A DNA stretch of 64,000 nt. It comes from Lama guanicoe. Lineage: Eukaryota. Shown here piece after piece: positions 44,118 to 63,329 of the stretch; position 1 is the first letter of the stretch; each line of letters opens with the position of its first letter. Below the pieces are notes generated by a model. The model was given only the letters and a program-made list of their open reading frames with translations. It had not been told where the DNA came from and searched no databases. Where the stretch lies: positions 3,767,490-3,831,489 of the forward strand of contig MU053758.1 in assembly GCA_013239625.1 (NCBI GenBank), written 5' to 3'. A program made the translations under genes and the position numbers.

Positions 44118-47100
44118 GGTGCCAAGGAGAGAGGTGAGTGAGCGAGCAAGTAAGCAACTGGCAGAGAGAAAAGAAGGGTGCTCAGGGAGGCTGGAAGGAT
44201 GTGGAGGCTGCCTCAAACCTCAGGAACCCGTCTACGCAAGTGAGGAAGGTGGGGCCCTCCCAGTGGCTGACTCCAGCCCCTGCTCCGGATTTCATCACTC
44301 CAGTTCCCATCCAACTCCCCACTCCGGACTATTCGGCCCAAGGTCAACTCAATTCACTATGTGCTGCTCCGAGTTCCCACCCCAGCTTTGGGGGATGTGA
44401 AGCTGAGAGAGAAAACACCAGCTCAAGTGGGTGGTGACTCAGGCTAGGAGAAAAGAATTTGGCTCCCATTCCTGGAGCCTGAGGGACCAGTAGGGCCCTG
44501 GCACAGGTGGCTTTGTGGTGACTGGGTCCCCAGGCAGTGAGTCAGCCCATGGAAGGACTCCCATGGTGACAGCCTTGGATGAAAGGGCCTTGGCGATGCT
44601 GTCCAGGGTCTGTCTCAGGGTGCAGCTGCGGGGATCATGCATGGCTGGCTGTGGCCAGGAGAGCTGCGTTCATGGCCCCGCTCTGCTTTGCTCACTGTGT
44701 GACCTGAGGCCCCTCACCTGCCTCCTCTGGGCCTCTGCCTTCAGGAAAGTGATAAGGCTGGACTGGGTGATCTTGGAGTCCTTTCTAGTTCTAGACATTC
44801 TATGACTCTCTTTCCTCTATTAGATTCAATCCCAGTTTCAGAGGCAGCTTTTGAACCCCTAGGATCTCCAGAAGTCTTACAGACCATGAAACCAGCAGGA
44901 AGCAGCTTGAATCCCTTCTCTGCCCCTTACAAGCTACATGGCATAGGCAGTCCTTTAGCCTGTGAGCCTCTGGGCCTCAGTTTTCTCATCTGTAAAAGGG
45001 GAGGACACATCACCAGCCACAAAGGAACATACTTAAAAGACCCTGCTAACCCCTCCTCAGTGGCCAGCCCTGCCCCACCGCCTCCCCATCCTTAATTTCC
45101 AGCCCAGCTGCCCATCTCGTCCACCTCTATGCTCTGGTACCTCCCTCTCACACCCCTGCCCTCTCCTCTGCTCCCTGACATTCCCACCCTTTGAGCAGCC
45201 CACCCCCTAGTGCTTTGCTCCATCCACCTAATCATGGGCACCTTACACTGTGCTGAGACGGGGTCCCCCTCCTGGTGCTGGTGCCATGTGTGACCCCTGA
45301 CCCTGCCACAGGCCCCCAAGCACCCACACTATATCCAGAGCTCAGATCCCAACACTTTTCTCTTGAGTGTCCACAGATGCCAGGCTGGACTTGGCAGCTT
45401 TATTCATTCCGTCGAGGAGATGGTCCACTGTCACACTCGGGTATTGTATGGAGTACACTACACAGGCCACACGGTTCTATGAGGGGCCTTATTCCTGCCA
45501 CCAGTTCACAGATGAGAGAGATGAAGGATATGTGAGCCTCCCAAGGCCCCAGTCAATGGGGAGCTGGGGCTTGAACCCCTGTCTGTCTGCTTGCCCAGCC
45601 CAAGCCCAATACACCATCCTGAACTACTCTCTCTATGCGCCTCCAACATTTCCTCCATGCCAGCGAGGCGCACCTGCCCCGAGGCTGCCGTGAGCCAGAA
45701 TCACCAGGCCTGGTCAGCACAGAACACAGACTCCCACCCACTCCTCCAGGCAGTGGGCTCCTTCTACCCAGGCCTCTCTCCTCTCTCCTTGGCCCAGCTG
45801 CATCCCAGGTATGAGGTCATCTCATACCTGAATGGGCAGAAAATATTATTGGCCGATGCCATGCCTCCACTTGCAGTGATTTTCAAACCTGACTGATCAC
45901 CAGAATCCCTATACAGATTCCTGGGCCCTGCTCTGACCCTACACCGCATTAGCATCTCCCAAGACAAGCCTGACTGTGGGGATGTTTTACAAGCTCCCAG
46001 GGGATTCTGGGGACCAGCCAGGCTGGGGAGCAAGAGGTGGCTAGGGGAGGGAGGGTGGGAGAAGGAGACCGCAGGGAGACTGAGTGGAGAAAGGAGGCTG
46101 TGCAAAGCCCCCAGCCCCTGCAGGCAGCCACAGCCACAGGCTTCAGGATGGAATGAAGAAAGAGAGGAGCCAGGACAAGCCGGGACAGAGCCAGCTGGAG
46201 TCAAGCAAGTCGTTCTGCCCCTCTGAGCCTCAGTTTCCTTCTCTGGGAAATGGGAGTAGCAGCACTACATCACAGGCATGTCAGAGGTGAAATAAATAAC
46301 GCATCTGGCACAGACTGGCAGCTATCACTGCATTTATCCATAGGTGTTTACAAAGTACCTACTGTGTGCCACACACTGTGTGGACACTCACATGCGAAAA
46401 GCAAGACAGAAAGACCCTCAGGACAGACTGTCTGGAGGAGGTAGAGACAATACCAAGTGTTCAGGCCACAATGGGGTGCCAGGGGGCCTGCAGGGAGCGG
46501 GCAGGGCAGGCTCTGACCCCGAGACTGTTCCCAGGATCTGGGGGAATGGGTGAGCTCCAGATCCGCCTTTGGTGGTCCCCCCACCACCATGTTTGATGCC
46601 TGCTTCCAAGGCAGAGGCTCTCACAGCCCCTCACGACGGTCTGCACAACCAAGGGGCCCTTGGGGGAGCCTGTGTGGCTGGGTCAAGCTGGGTTATAGCC
46701 TGGGTTCTGTGCCTGGAGGCAGAACTGTCCTGGCTCTGGTCCCTCTGTTCCTCACAGCCCCCCACAGCCTGGGCAGCACAGGAGAATACACTGTATAAGG
46801 GCTGAGGGCTTACTGCCAGCCCCGCCATGGTGCCTGGCTCACCACCCCTAGACTGGGGTCCCTCAGGTCTCTCCCTTTCCCCAAGCCCAGTGCAGACCCA
46901 GGCACAGAGCGACGCAGTGGTAGTGCCATGTCATTTCCCTGAAGAAAGGGCTGCCAGGTCACCCTTCCAGGGTGTGGGCGTGGTGGAGGAAGAGTCACAG
47001 ACTGGCTACCACCAGCCTGGGCCTGAGCCTGGGAATCAGGTGTGTGTGCCCATCATGTGAGAGTGGGTGTGGCGGCGCCGGGGGAAGTTACAGACCGGTT

Positions 47101-49930
47101 CACTGAAACATTTCATGCAGTGAGTGGGTGGGTGTGGATGAATGGTGAATCCCTCCAGAGAGCCCCACCATGGAGTCCCCCAACCAGCCACAGCCTCACA
47201 TCCCCAGCAGCCTGGGTCAGACTGGAGTGCCTGAACAAAGCCACCAAAATTCCCCCGTACCATCCCCAAGGGGATCGCAGTTTCCCGCCCCAAGTCACTC
47301 TGCCCTGTGGACCCCATCCACCCAAGCCTGGGCTGAGAGCTCCTGGCAAGGGCAGGGCTGTCCCTCTCTGGGCCCAGAACTATCCCCTGCAAACCCCCAA
47401 CCCCTATGCCGCAGCCACTGCGTCTAGTGACGTAGTTCCCGGCACACCTGGCTGCTCCGCCTCACTCTGTGTGCAGGGGCTTCTCCCCCTGCCGAGGGGA
47501 GAAGTCCGGGCTGTCTTGGGCCAATCCCACATTCGGATCCGTCCTCACTCACCCCATCAGTAAGAGTGGACCCCAGAGTCTGGAGAGTCTGAGGGAAGCG
47601 AAGGCCCTGCCTAAGCGCCTGGGGCTGGGCAGGGGGTGGAGCTTTCGGCTCCTCTTCCCAGCACAGCCACCTCCCCTCGAGTGGTGCCTGGCTCCATCCC
47701 TTAAATGCCAGGCTCCAGACAAGCGCTGAGTCACTGCTCCCTGGAGCCTCAGTGTCCACATCCACACAATGGGGCGCCTCTTCCCAGACCCTCCCTGCTT
47801 CCTAGGACTGTTGTTCAGATAAATGAGATCACCCCTCAGAGGAGCCATTCTCAGCCCAGGGCTGGTTCTTCTTGTTGTAGCCTGATGTCTGGTGGGTTCA
47901 ATGCCTCCGTCCCGCCCTCCACCCCTATGCTGATGATTGCCCAGTCAGCTGAGAGATGCCAGGCTCTGATGGAGTGGAGCCCACACTCCCAGCCTGCTTT
48001 GAGTCCTGCCATTGCACCTGCAGGCACAGGCCCCTGGACTCCAGCCCATAGTCCCTGCCAAGGAAAGGAACTCACTGTCCTTTCCGGGCTAGAAAGGCTA
48101 TTAGCTGCGGCTCATCCCGCCCCTCCTTTACTAGAGCTGCTGAGATCCCGAGAGGGCCTGAAGTCCTCACACCCCGCAGTCCACTTCCTAGATAGTGCTC
48201 ATGCCACAGCCCCACCTGCACCTCCCTGTCCTCTGCTGGTCCCAAGCCCCCACTGCTCCTGCCTGCTCCCTGCCCCGGCACCCACAACCCAGGCTCCAGG
48301 CACCCAGAAAGAGCAGGTGTTTGGAGGGCCCTGGTGTGATTCTACAGCAGAGAGTCTGGACCTGTCAAAAAGCTACTCTAAGCCAGGACAGACTGTACCA
48401 ATAGTTTGATAACCTATATTATAAGTTCTGTGATGTCTTTGTGTGTGTGATGTCTTTTTTCTTGCATCTCTTTTCTGCCTTGATACAGATAACCTGTAAA
48501 AAAATCTATGTTGTTTGCATTTGAATAACTTGAATTTACTTTAGTCTTACTTTGATTTAACACAAAGAAGCACTAATAGTATTGCCTGTTTTAGAAGCCT
48601 GAAGTCAGTAACATGAAACCCAATCTCAAGAATTTGAAACAAATTCCCGTGTGTGGAAGGACTGTAAACTCAAGTTTGGCCAAAGCGTTATTAGAGCACA
48701 GTGTATTAACTAAATTCTGTTCTTCAAAAAATTGAATTGTAATAAAGATTTTTGATGTGCTATTTCACTTTTCAGTAGCCAATAAATTTGTGTAGAGGAT
48801 CTTACTAAAATTTGAGAAATAGTTAAGTATATTTTTAAAAAAAGGTGGGGGCATTCTTGCTCTCATTCACCCCTTCCACCCACCCCCACTTCTTGAAGAA
48901 AACCAGGAAATCAGGCCCACCCGGCCCAACTGTTACCAGATTTACTCAAAGGAAGACTTCCTGGAGTCTGTCTGGGCTGGCGTCTGGGCTGGCTCCCCTG
49001 CTGGCTCAGCGCCTGCCTCCAGGGGGAGGGGGGCTGGGCTGGAGGGTTCAGGAAAGATTAGAGCGGAACTGCCCCTCCCCACTTCCCCAGGAGGTAGTTT
49101 CCCACCCTCTCCGACCTCCAAGCTGCTGAAACCAAGAGAGACAAACTGCCAGGGAGGGTGGTGCTTCTCCCTGGGCCCATCCTGAGCGGACCATCTAAGG
49201 AAACATCTCTGGGACATGCCCCACCCTCTCTCCCGCACCTTCTTAGGAAGCACAGGTATCAGCTCATATTTCTAGGGTTGAGGCAGTGGGAGTCCCGGAC
49301 CCACAGACCCTCTTCTGGGGCTTTTCTGAGACTCACACAGGAAACTGGGCCCTCATCACCCAGCCTGCCTCCCCCCCCCAGCTTTCCTTCCTTCGTGCCC
49401 CTACCCCAAGGAGAATCCTGATTCCTGTCCTGCCCCAACCCCTTCCAACCCCACCCTTCTTGGAGGAGTTCAGGGTCCATAGGACTGCGAGGGGCAACTG
49501 ATCAGATGCTTCATCCCTTGGGACTCTGGCTCCCACACCTGAGATCTTCTCATTCATTTATGGATAAGAAAATGAGGCTCAGCGAGGGGAAGGAATAGCC
49601 CAAAGTCATGAACCTAATTATAGGGCAAGAAGAGGCCACCTAAGACCTCCTCCTGGCACGCCATCCTCACCCCAGGTCTGACACTGCCTGGACCACCCTC
49701 CCTGGTTTCACTGGCTCTTGGGAGATACAAAGCAACACCCACCTCCGAAGCTCTACCCAGACCTAGTCTTCACCCTGGTCTAAGATGACCCCTGACCTCC
49801 AAGTCAACAATCGTAGGTGTCCACGGACTCCTCCCCCTGCCCCCCAATGTCCCCTCCATTCCCCCATTCCTCACTAGGGCCCACACCAATGGCCACAACC
49901 AGGAGGCATTCCATGTCTGAGTCAACAAGC

Positions 49931-49936
49931 TTTATT
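49931..49936 (-). terminator. KRT17: KRT17 poly(A) signal AATAAA
   Basis: tttatt about 120 nt past the stop codon. Confidence 0.85.
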
Positions 49937-50055
49937 GATCAGGGAGGGGGATGGGAAAGAGACTGAAGCCGGGAGCTGAGGCCGGGGGTGCTGGAGGCTG
50001 CAGGGCTGATGGGGGCCTCACCCCTGGCAGGGGTCGGCCAGGCTGGCCAGGGTCC

Positions 50056-55098
<5,043 letters not shown>

Positions 55099-55193
55099 GG
55101 TGGCAGCAGCTGGTGGCAGGCAGACACAGAGAGAGCAGGCTCAAGAGGAGAGAGGCCCAAGGTGTGTGTTGCTGCCGGGGCTCGCCTGCTTCC

Positions 55194-55199
55194 TTTATA
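55194..55199 (-). promoter_or_regulatory. KRT17: KRT17 TATA box (TATAAA)
   Basis: About 96 nt upstream of the ATG at 55098. Confidence 0.85.
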
Positions 55200-56771
55200 G
55201 CCCCAACAAGTGGGCGTAGGGATTACAACAGGCTGGCTGCTCTGTTTCCATTCCCCTGGCCTTTCATCACCGCTGGCTGCCTGCCAGCTCCCAGGTGGCT
55301 GTGGGCCCCCTCCCCTCCCACCTTCGGGGCTTTGCCTCATTTCTCTGAACCCCTGTGCTGGGCGTCTGCGTGTGTGTGTGCCTGTCTCTGGTCTCAAGGC
55401 TGTCACCTGTGATTCAGGCGGGCCCTCCAGCTACGCTTTCCCATGACCTAATACGGAGAAGATGGGTAGCAGGACGTCACCGTCCCCGGGCCCTCCCAGG
55501 GAGCTGCTACCTCAGCCACACCCTCCTGGACCCTGTGTCTGATGGGCAGATGGGTTGGGGAACCAGGCAGCCCTCAGCCTGAAATTGCTGCACGTGGTCC
55601 TGGCTCTGGGCTGGATGCAGGGGAGACACTGAGGACCAAGAGCTCAACTTGCCTGGGAAACCAGACCCAAACCCACCAGACTTGCTACACTGTAGCTTGG
55701 TCACAGTAGCTCAGATTACCACCTCACTTACCAATAAGGAAACTGGCTTGGAGAGGGGTAGAGTCTCACTGCCCCATCTAACTCAGAACGGGGCTAGCAG
55801 GGTTCCGTCCTTCATCGTACCCTGCCACAGCACCCATACGCCTCCCCTGGGGGCCTCTGAGCCACTGACCCCCCTTCCGCAGAGCCTAGACTCTAGGGAA
55901 GCGCTGCAGGGGTTGTGGTTCCATCTGGCCAGTGTTCTGAAGCTGTCCCCATCCCTGAGCCCCCTGGCGACCCAGAGACCTTGCCTAATCTTTCCCCATC
56001 TCCCTCTCACAGGTGGGGAGTCCTGGGCTAGAGTGGGCAAAGGGGAGCTTAGCTGCAGGCTGGGGAAGTGGCAGGCTGGGAGGGGGCACCATGGTAAAGG
56101 GAACAGGAAGAACTATGAGGGGCAGACCCCTTCCACCTTCCTTCCCAAGAGGCCTAGTGGGAGGGGCTGATGCCTTCAGGTCTCAGCCAGCTGGAAATCT
56201 AAAGGACATGGCCCAAATAGAGGGTCTTCTTGAGACTCCTCCCTTCCCTGATCCAGTCCCCTCCCCTACAGCCTCCCCCAGAGGCCCCACCCCAGTCCCC
56301 TGACGGGGCCCCTCAGGATGGGCCAGGTGCCTGCCTCACAGCCTAGCCTCGCCCTGCCCTGCCCACCACCCCCAGCCCGGCCCTCGGTCCCAGGGTCCCG
56401 GCAGGCCCGCTGGGCGGAATGTGATCGTGTCTCAGACTGCCAATGGTTTCCATTTCCCAGACAGGCCCAGACAGCCCCCGCCAGCAGCTGAGAGAGATTC
56501 CCCAATAGCCTGGCAGCTGCCAAGTCACCAAAGCAAACAGGACGCCCCCCCCACGCTCACACGCAGAGTGGCCACCCCACCCCACGCACACCCCCAAGCG
56601 GGACAGAGCCAGCCTGGTTTCCTGGGCTGGCTGTGCCACTGCCACCTCTCTCACCCTTCAGTACCCTGGACCACTCATTCAGAGAGCCCCCTTCCCAGCC
56701 CCTCTCCCTCTGATCTTGACCCTGAACTCGCCCTAGGCTGAAGCAGGGAGTTCTCTGTAACAGGTGTGGCT

Positions 56772-56843
56772 TTCCGGGAAGTCTATGGGGCCCTCCCAGG
56801 GACCAGCCACAGGTAATGGGGAACCAGGGACTGATTCTCAGAA
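56772..56843. promoter_or_regulatory. KRT17: Paired STAT/GAS motifs upstream of KRT17 (TTCCGGGAA, TTCTCAGAA)
   Basis: Two TTCN3GAA matches at 56772-56780 and 56835-56843, about 1.6 kb upstream of the KRT17 TATA box. KRT17 is a known IFN-gamma/STAT-inducible keratin. Confidence 0.5.
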
Positions 56844-57051
56844 ACTTTCCCAACCTGATGGGCTGTCCCATCCCTCTGCCCGCAAACCTCCCTTGAGCCC
56901 CAGGCCTTGATGGAGTGGGCAGAACAGGACGGCAGGTGACAAGCAGCCCCAAACACTCAACAAACTCTCCGTGTCCCCTCATCCCTCAGCCCACATCACT
57001 CAAGCCAATGACCAGACAAAATCACAGGAGGCACTGAACTTCATGCAAAGC

Positions 57052-57057
57052 TTTAAT
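57052..57057 (-). terminator. KRT42: KRT42 poly(A) signal variant ATTAAA
   Basis: tttaat on the + strand, in the same 'aagcttta' context as the poly(A) signals of KRT9, KRT14 and KRT17. Confidence 0.6.
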
Positions 57058-58512
57058 TGCAGTCACTGGGGCCAAACCAGGAGGCCCCCTCAGTGAGGGG
57101 CGGTGGGAAGCAGACACAGAAAGGCAACAGCTCTTAGGCAGTGGCCCAGACGGGCATGTGGGGGCTGGCCGTAGCGTGCTGGGAGCTGGAGGCGATGGCT
57201 GCCCCTTGACCCTCGAGGCTGGGCTGTCACAGGTGGAAAGGGGCCTCAGTGGGTGGAGCGGTGGACCTGCTCATGGGAGGAGACCATCTTGCCATCCTGG
57301 ACCTCCTCCACGATGGTACACACCTGACGAGTGGTTATCGTGGCTGCGAGCAGAGGAGGAGGGAGGCACAGGGAAACTCAGGCTGGAGGCCCTCTCTAAG
57401 CCTCCCACAGAGGAGGGTCCTCAGCCTCTCCCCACCGGCCCTGGGCAGGACAGGGCAGGCTCTTACCTTCCCGGGTGGGCTGTGAGACCAAGGACGAGGA
57501 GTACTGGCGGCCAGGCTGCAGGAAGAGGGGGGCCTGTCAGCTCAGGGGTGCCAGTTGGGAGTCCAGCCCCTTGGGAGGAGGAGCAGCTGGGGAGGCTGGG
57601 GTGAGGGGAGAGAGGTCCCAGCAAACTGGAGAGAAATCACAGCTGGGAGTACACAGAAAAGAATGGGGACCACAGGGTCAAAGGGCACAGGCCCAGGGGC
57701 AAAACTAAGGAAAGGGGCTACCCTAACAGAAGGCCTAGAGGCACGTTGCGGCCAGCCAGGGATTTACAAGGAGAAGCTGAGCAAGTGGATTTTCATACCC
57801 TGAAGGGCCCAACAAGTAGACTTAATTAAAGAAGGAGAGACTGTGGTTAAACTACAGATGGACTTAGCCATTGTCAAGAAGCAAAAAAGATGGACTATAT
57901 GACTAAGCATGGAGGCTCCAGGACATTTTCAGCCCATTTACACTAGCCTAATCACCCTCCCAACTCCAAACCAGATTGCCACCCATCCCAGTCAACCACA
58001 CAGTCACTGGAACCAGAAACCTAGAGTCATTATTACCCACTCCTTCGTGTGCTTACTCAACGTTTATTGAGCCCTGCCTGCGAGCCACGCTCGCCCGTGC
58101 TTTCAGGCATCCAGCCCTGCTGTTTTTAGCTATCACACATCCTCTTTGTGCACCACTTCCCCTTCCCTGCCCTCTGCCCCAACTTTTAGCAGGACTTCTC
58201 TGGCCTGACTCCCTGCTCCTGTCTCCTGACAGGTCTCCCTGACCTCCACCCTGCCCCCTTGGATGCATTTCCCCCTCTGTGGCTACAGTGAATGTTCTGA
58301 GATACCTTAATGATCACACCCATCTCTGCACAAAATCCCCTCCCCACCCACCGTGCCGCCCCAGTGCCTACACCATCTAGTCGAGCCCAGCCAATGTTCT
58401 CAGCTTCATCTCCTGCAAACCTCCACCTCTCCCCCTGGCCATGGCTGGTGCCGACCCTCCCTGGGTGAAGCCACCCCAGCCAATCAAGCATCTGCCAGGC
58501 GCCCCCGACTCA

Positions 58513-58881
<369 letters not shown>

Positions 58882-60844
58882 TCATCCAAATTGGGGTGCA
58901 CAAGGTGGGGCCCAGCCTGGGGTGACAGGTCCAGGGCAGGGAGGGGACAGAGGCCCTACCATGCTGAGCTGGGACTGCAACTCAATCTCCAGGTTCTTCA
59001 CAGAGCGGCGCGGCTCTGTGATTTCCGTCCGGCTGCTCTGGGCCCAGGGCCTCAGTGTTGGTGGCCACCTCGCAGTTCAGCTCCTCTGTCTGGAAGGCAA
59101 GGTGGGCCCCAGGGGCTTGAGGACACTGGCCAAGGTGGGACAGGGTGGGACCTCTCAGACTTGACCCTCCCTGCTCTCTGTGGGGCCCCAAGCCCACTGC
59201 ACACAGACACCCTCTGTGCCCAGACTGCAGAATTCACCTTGCTCTGCCATATGTGCTTCCTTACTGGGCTGCGGACAGGACTCAAGGGCAGGCCCTGGGT
59301 TTTACTCTTTGTGTGCCTGTCACTGCCCGGGGAACTGCAGCTGCTCAGTTTGTGCTTACTGAGGGCATGAGTCTGCACCTGAACACACACATACTATGAA
59401 TGCCCAGGCTGGAAGACGCCCTATAGGGTCAGGAGATCTGGACCTGCTCCCCAGGCCACAGTGAAGGGCTGTGTGTGTGTGTGAGGCCTCTCTAGCCTCA
59501 CAATCTCCCCCTGAACGTGAGGGGTTGGTCCAATTGGTTTCCAAAGGTCCTTCCATCTGGAAATCCACAATCTGTGGATCTGTAATTTTCCAGCCCATGC
59601 TCAGCACACAGCACATGCACACACACGTGTGCACACCTGCTCGCGCCGGCCACCCACCTTGCTGAAGAACCAGTCCTCAGCGTCCTTGCGGTTCTTCTCC
59701 GCGATCTTCTCGTACTGGTCACGCATCTCGTTCAGGATGCGGCTCAGGTCCACACCAGGGGCGGCGTCCATCTCCACGTTGACGTCCCCGCCCACCTGGC
59801 CTCGCAGGGCGTTCATTTCCTGGGCAGAGAGGGGAGCAGGAGCTCACTCAGGGCCATCCCGGGGAGAGTCCCTGGGGCTGCCTTCTCTGCCTCAGGGAGA
59901 TGGGTGCAGAGGACAGACAGACACACAGACAGGCCAATGGCTCCAAACCCTGAAGAAAGAGGCAGATGTCTTCATGTCTCAAACGTGCAGGGCTGTGAAT
60001 ATCGACAATCCCCCCGACACACATTTGGGGGGTGGACTTCGCCCAATCCCGGTGTGCGCTGGGGCAGGAGAGATGGCAACAGCCCAACACTATGGGGGAT
60101 GAGCCAGGACAACCTCACTCACCACCCAGATTTGCCTTGCCCCCTACTGCCAACCACACAGCATGCACTCAGGGAAGGCAGCCTCCTGTCAGTATCGAGG
60201 GAGTCAGATCTCTTTCGGAAATGTGAATCTGTGGGGGGCAGGGGGTGCAATCCCTACAACCAGCCTCAAAGCCAAGTGGAGACACTTTCTGGACTCCTGC
60301 TACTTGGAGATTAGGCTCCCTCAAGTCAGGCCAGCCCAGAGGTCAGACGGGAAGGAAGCCATGAGGCTCATGAATCTCCCTGCAGGGTCTTGGAACCCCA
60401 TCCTTGGGTTGAGCCTTGGGGTCCCTGGGAGGTGGGAGAAGTGGTAGAGTGGTGGAGTCAGAGATGGTGCAGATATGGCTCAGGCAGACCTGAGGGAAGA
60501 CATCTGTGCAGCCTTGGATAAATCCCTTAACCTCTCTGAGCCTCAGTTTCTTCACTGGTAAAGGGAGGAACTTGCTTCTTTCTCCCAGCGATGCTACCAG
60601 TATCAGCTGAGATAATTGCTGTGAATCACTTGTAATGTGCTGGGCAGATGTTCGTTGTTGTTATGACTATCATTATTATAATTAATTATAATAATTAGCA
60701 TGCGTGTTCTTAGACTGATTCACCTATTAGATAGTTAACTGCCACCACATGGTAGTCCATGCCTCTAGGGACAAAGGAAGTATCTTTGGGAGGAGAGGGC
60801 CTTCCAGGTCTCAACCAGGGCCCTCTGAGGGTCTCCCAGGGTCA

Positions 60845-61261
<417 letters not shown>

Positions 61262-62270
61262 TCATCAGCTGCCAGGCAGGCGTTATCGATCTGCAGCACC
61301 AAGTTGGCATTGTCGATGGTGGCTGCCAGGATCTGGGGGACATGGTGGGCTTGGTGAGCAAGCACCTCGGCAGCCCTGGGAAGGCCTTGCAGCACCCCTC
61401 TTGCAGCCCTTTGAAGAGTGGGCCAGAGTGAGGGAGACGAGAGTCCCTGTGGTCTCCTCCTCTGAGCACCCTGCTATGGGGCTCACGAGTGGTGGGGGCA
61501 TGATACCCATGATGCCAGAAGAGAGACTCACATGCACCCCTCTCCCACCAAGCTGCCTGGACCTCACTCCATCTTCCCCAACTAAATTCACCTCTAAGCT
61601 CAGGGCCACCTCCTCCAGGAAGCCCTCTTTGATTCCCTGTCTTAGCCCATCTCTCTTACACAGTACTTCACCCAAGTGCAATTTTTAACATGGCTGTTTT
61701 GTGTGGGATTTTTTTCCTCCTCCACTGAACTCTGAGCTCCAGAGGAACAAGGCCATGCCTGTCTCATTTTCCTTGGAATCCCTGGCTCTGGGCTCAGTGC
61801 CTGGCCCAGAGTCACCTCCCAGGGAAACATGAGTTTAATTAATTAATTAATTAATAAAGTTATGCCAGCCCCACCTCAAACCTAAGGCAAAATTTTCTTT
61901 CCCCACAGAGGTTTAAATGACAACAGGGAAGGGAGGGGCTCTAGAAGGAGCAGACGGTTGGTTATTATAACTGCTGCTGTCACTGTTGTTGTGAGAAATA
62001 CCCGAGAGAGGCCCCAGTCAAGGGCCATGGGGGTGGGAGGAGGGAGAGGCCCCTCCACTCTGCCCAGAAGAAGCAGAGAAGAGGTCTTGGTCAAGATGGC
62101 AGATGAGCTGGGTAGAATTTGGAAGTTTTGAAGCTGAGGGCTGAAGTTTAGGGGATGTAAGAGGGGGCAGCCCCAGCAGGCAAAAGCAGACCCCAAAAAA
62201 CTCATCTGGCTCCTCAGAGCCAGTTCAAGGCCCTAAGTCCTGAGAAGCAGCCCTGGGTCAGGCTCCCTTT

Positions 62271-63329
62271 ACAGACTGAACCTCAAAGTGTGGAAAAGAC
62301 CCCAAGAGCTGTGGATAAAAGGCAAGCACCATCCATCCAGGAGGACTGCCTGGAGGAGGCGCGGCAGGTAGAGGGGCAAACCCAGAGGTGGTTACTCACC
62401 CCAGGGCCTCAGTGGGCCTGTCTGCAGCCTGCACACCCACCCCTTACCAACCTCCCTGCTCAGGAGGCTGATTGGGCCCAGTGAGGGGCGGTAGTGAAAA
62501 CTCCTGTGGGGCAGTGACTTGGAGGCCTAGGGTGCCCTGCCCTGGGGATTGGCAGTGAGAAGCTGGCTCACCCCAAAGCTTAGGAACACTGACTCACCAG
62601 GGCTCCCCTGGGTTCCCCGCTGTCCAGATCAAGCCTAGTATCTGATCTGGCACTCCCAGTAGCTCCACTTCCAGGGGGCAATTGCAGGAGTTCCCTTTCT
62701 GGCGGAGGGCCCAGGCAAGAGCTGGCAAAGCCCCTTGCAGGGCAGCAGCAGGCCTGGTTCTGCACCAGGACACTGAGTGGGCTGATGCCGGCCCAGCCAG
62801 CCCCCAGCCCCACTTTCCCCAAGCCTGTCTCCAGCCCCTCTTTGACCTCTCACCTACCTCTGGAGGCTGCAGCCCTGTAAGACCCTCCAGGGGCAAGATT
62901 TGGGCAAAAGACCCAGGTGCACATTTACAGAATGCCAAGGTCATGTTCATAGAGGTTATGAATGTATGTGTAAGTATGTGTTTGTTCTTCATCAGACTGA
63001 TCTAGAGAAATTTCTCCACTTGGGAGCTTCCAGTCTAAGTGGAAAGACATAGCTCCTTTCCTCAGGGACCCCCCCCCCGACCAACAATCTACAAGAAGAG
63101 TCAGCCCCTGCCCTTAGGGACCCCCTGAGTGACCATCATGGAGGGAGTGAGAAGGACCCACAATGAAAGCAGCTGTGAGAACACGCCAGCCTCAGAGAAA
63201 TCAGTACAATGAACAGAGCACAGACTGAACCTCAAAGTGTGGAAGGGACCCCAAGATCTGAGGATAAAAGGCATCCATCCAGGAGGACAGCCTGGAGGAG
63301 GTGAGGAAGGCAGAGGGCCAAACCCAGAG
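62271..63329 (+). repeat. Pair of about 115-bp direct repeats (62271-62388 and 63220-63329) in KRT42 intron 1
   Basis: Both begin acagactgaacctcaaagtgtggaa and share ggataaaaggca, catccatccaggaggac, gcctggaggagg and caaacccagagg. Confidence 0.85.

Noticed and set aside
47705..48409. 234-aa + strand ORF
   Set aside because: Low-complexity, Pro/Ala-rich and without recognisable homology; expected by chance in GC-rich DNA. Only its 3' end is noted as part of a possible retrocopy.
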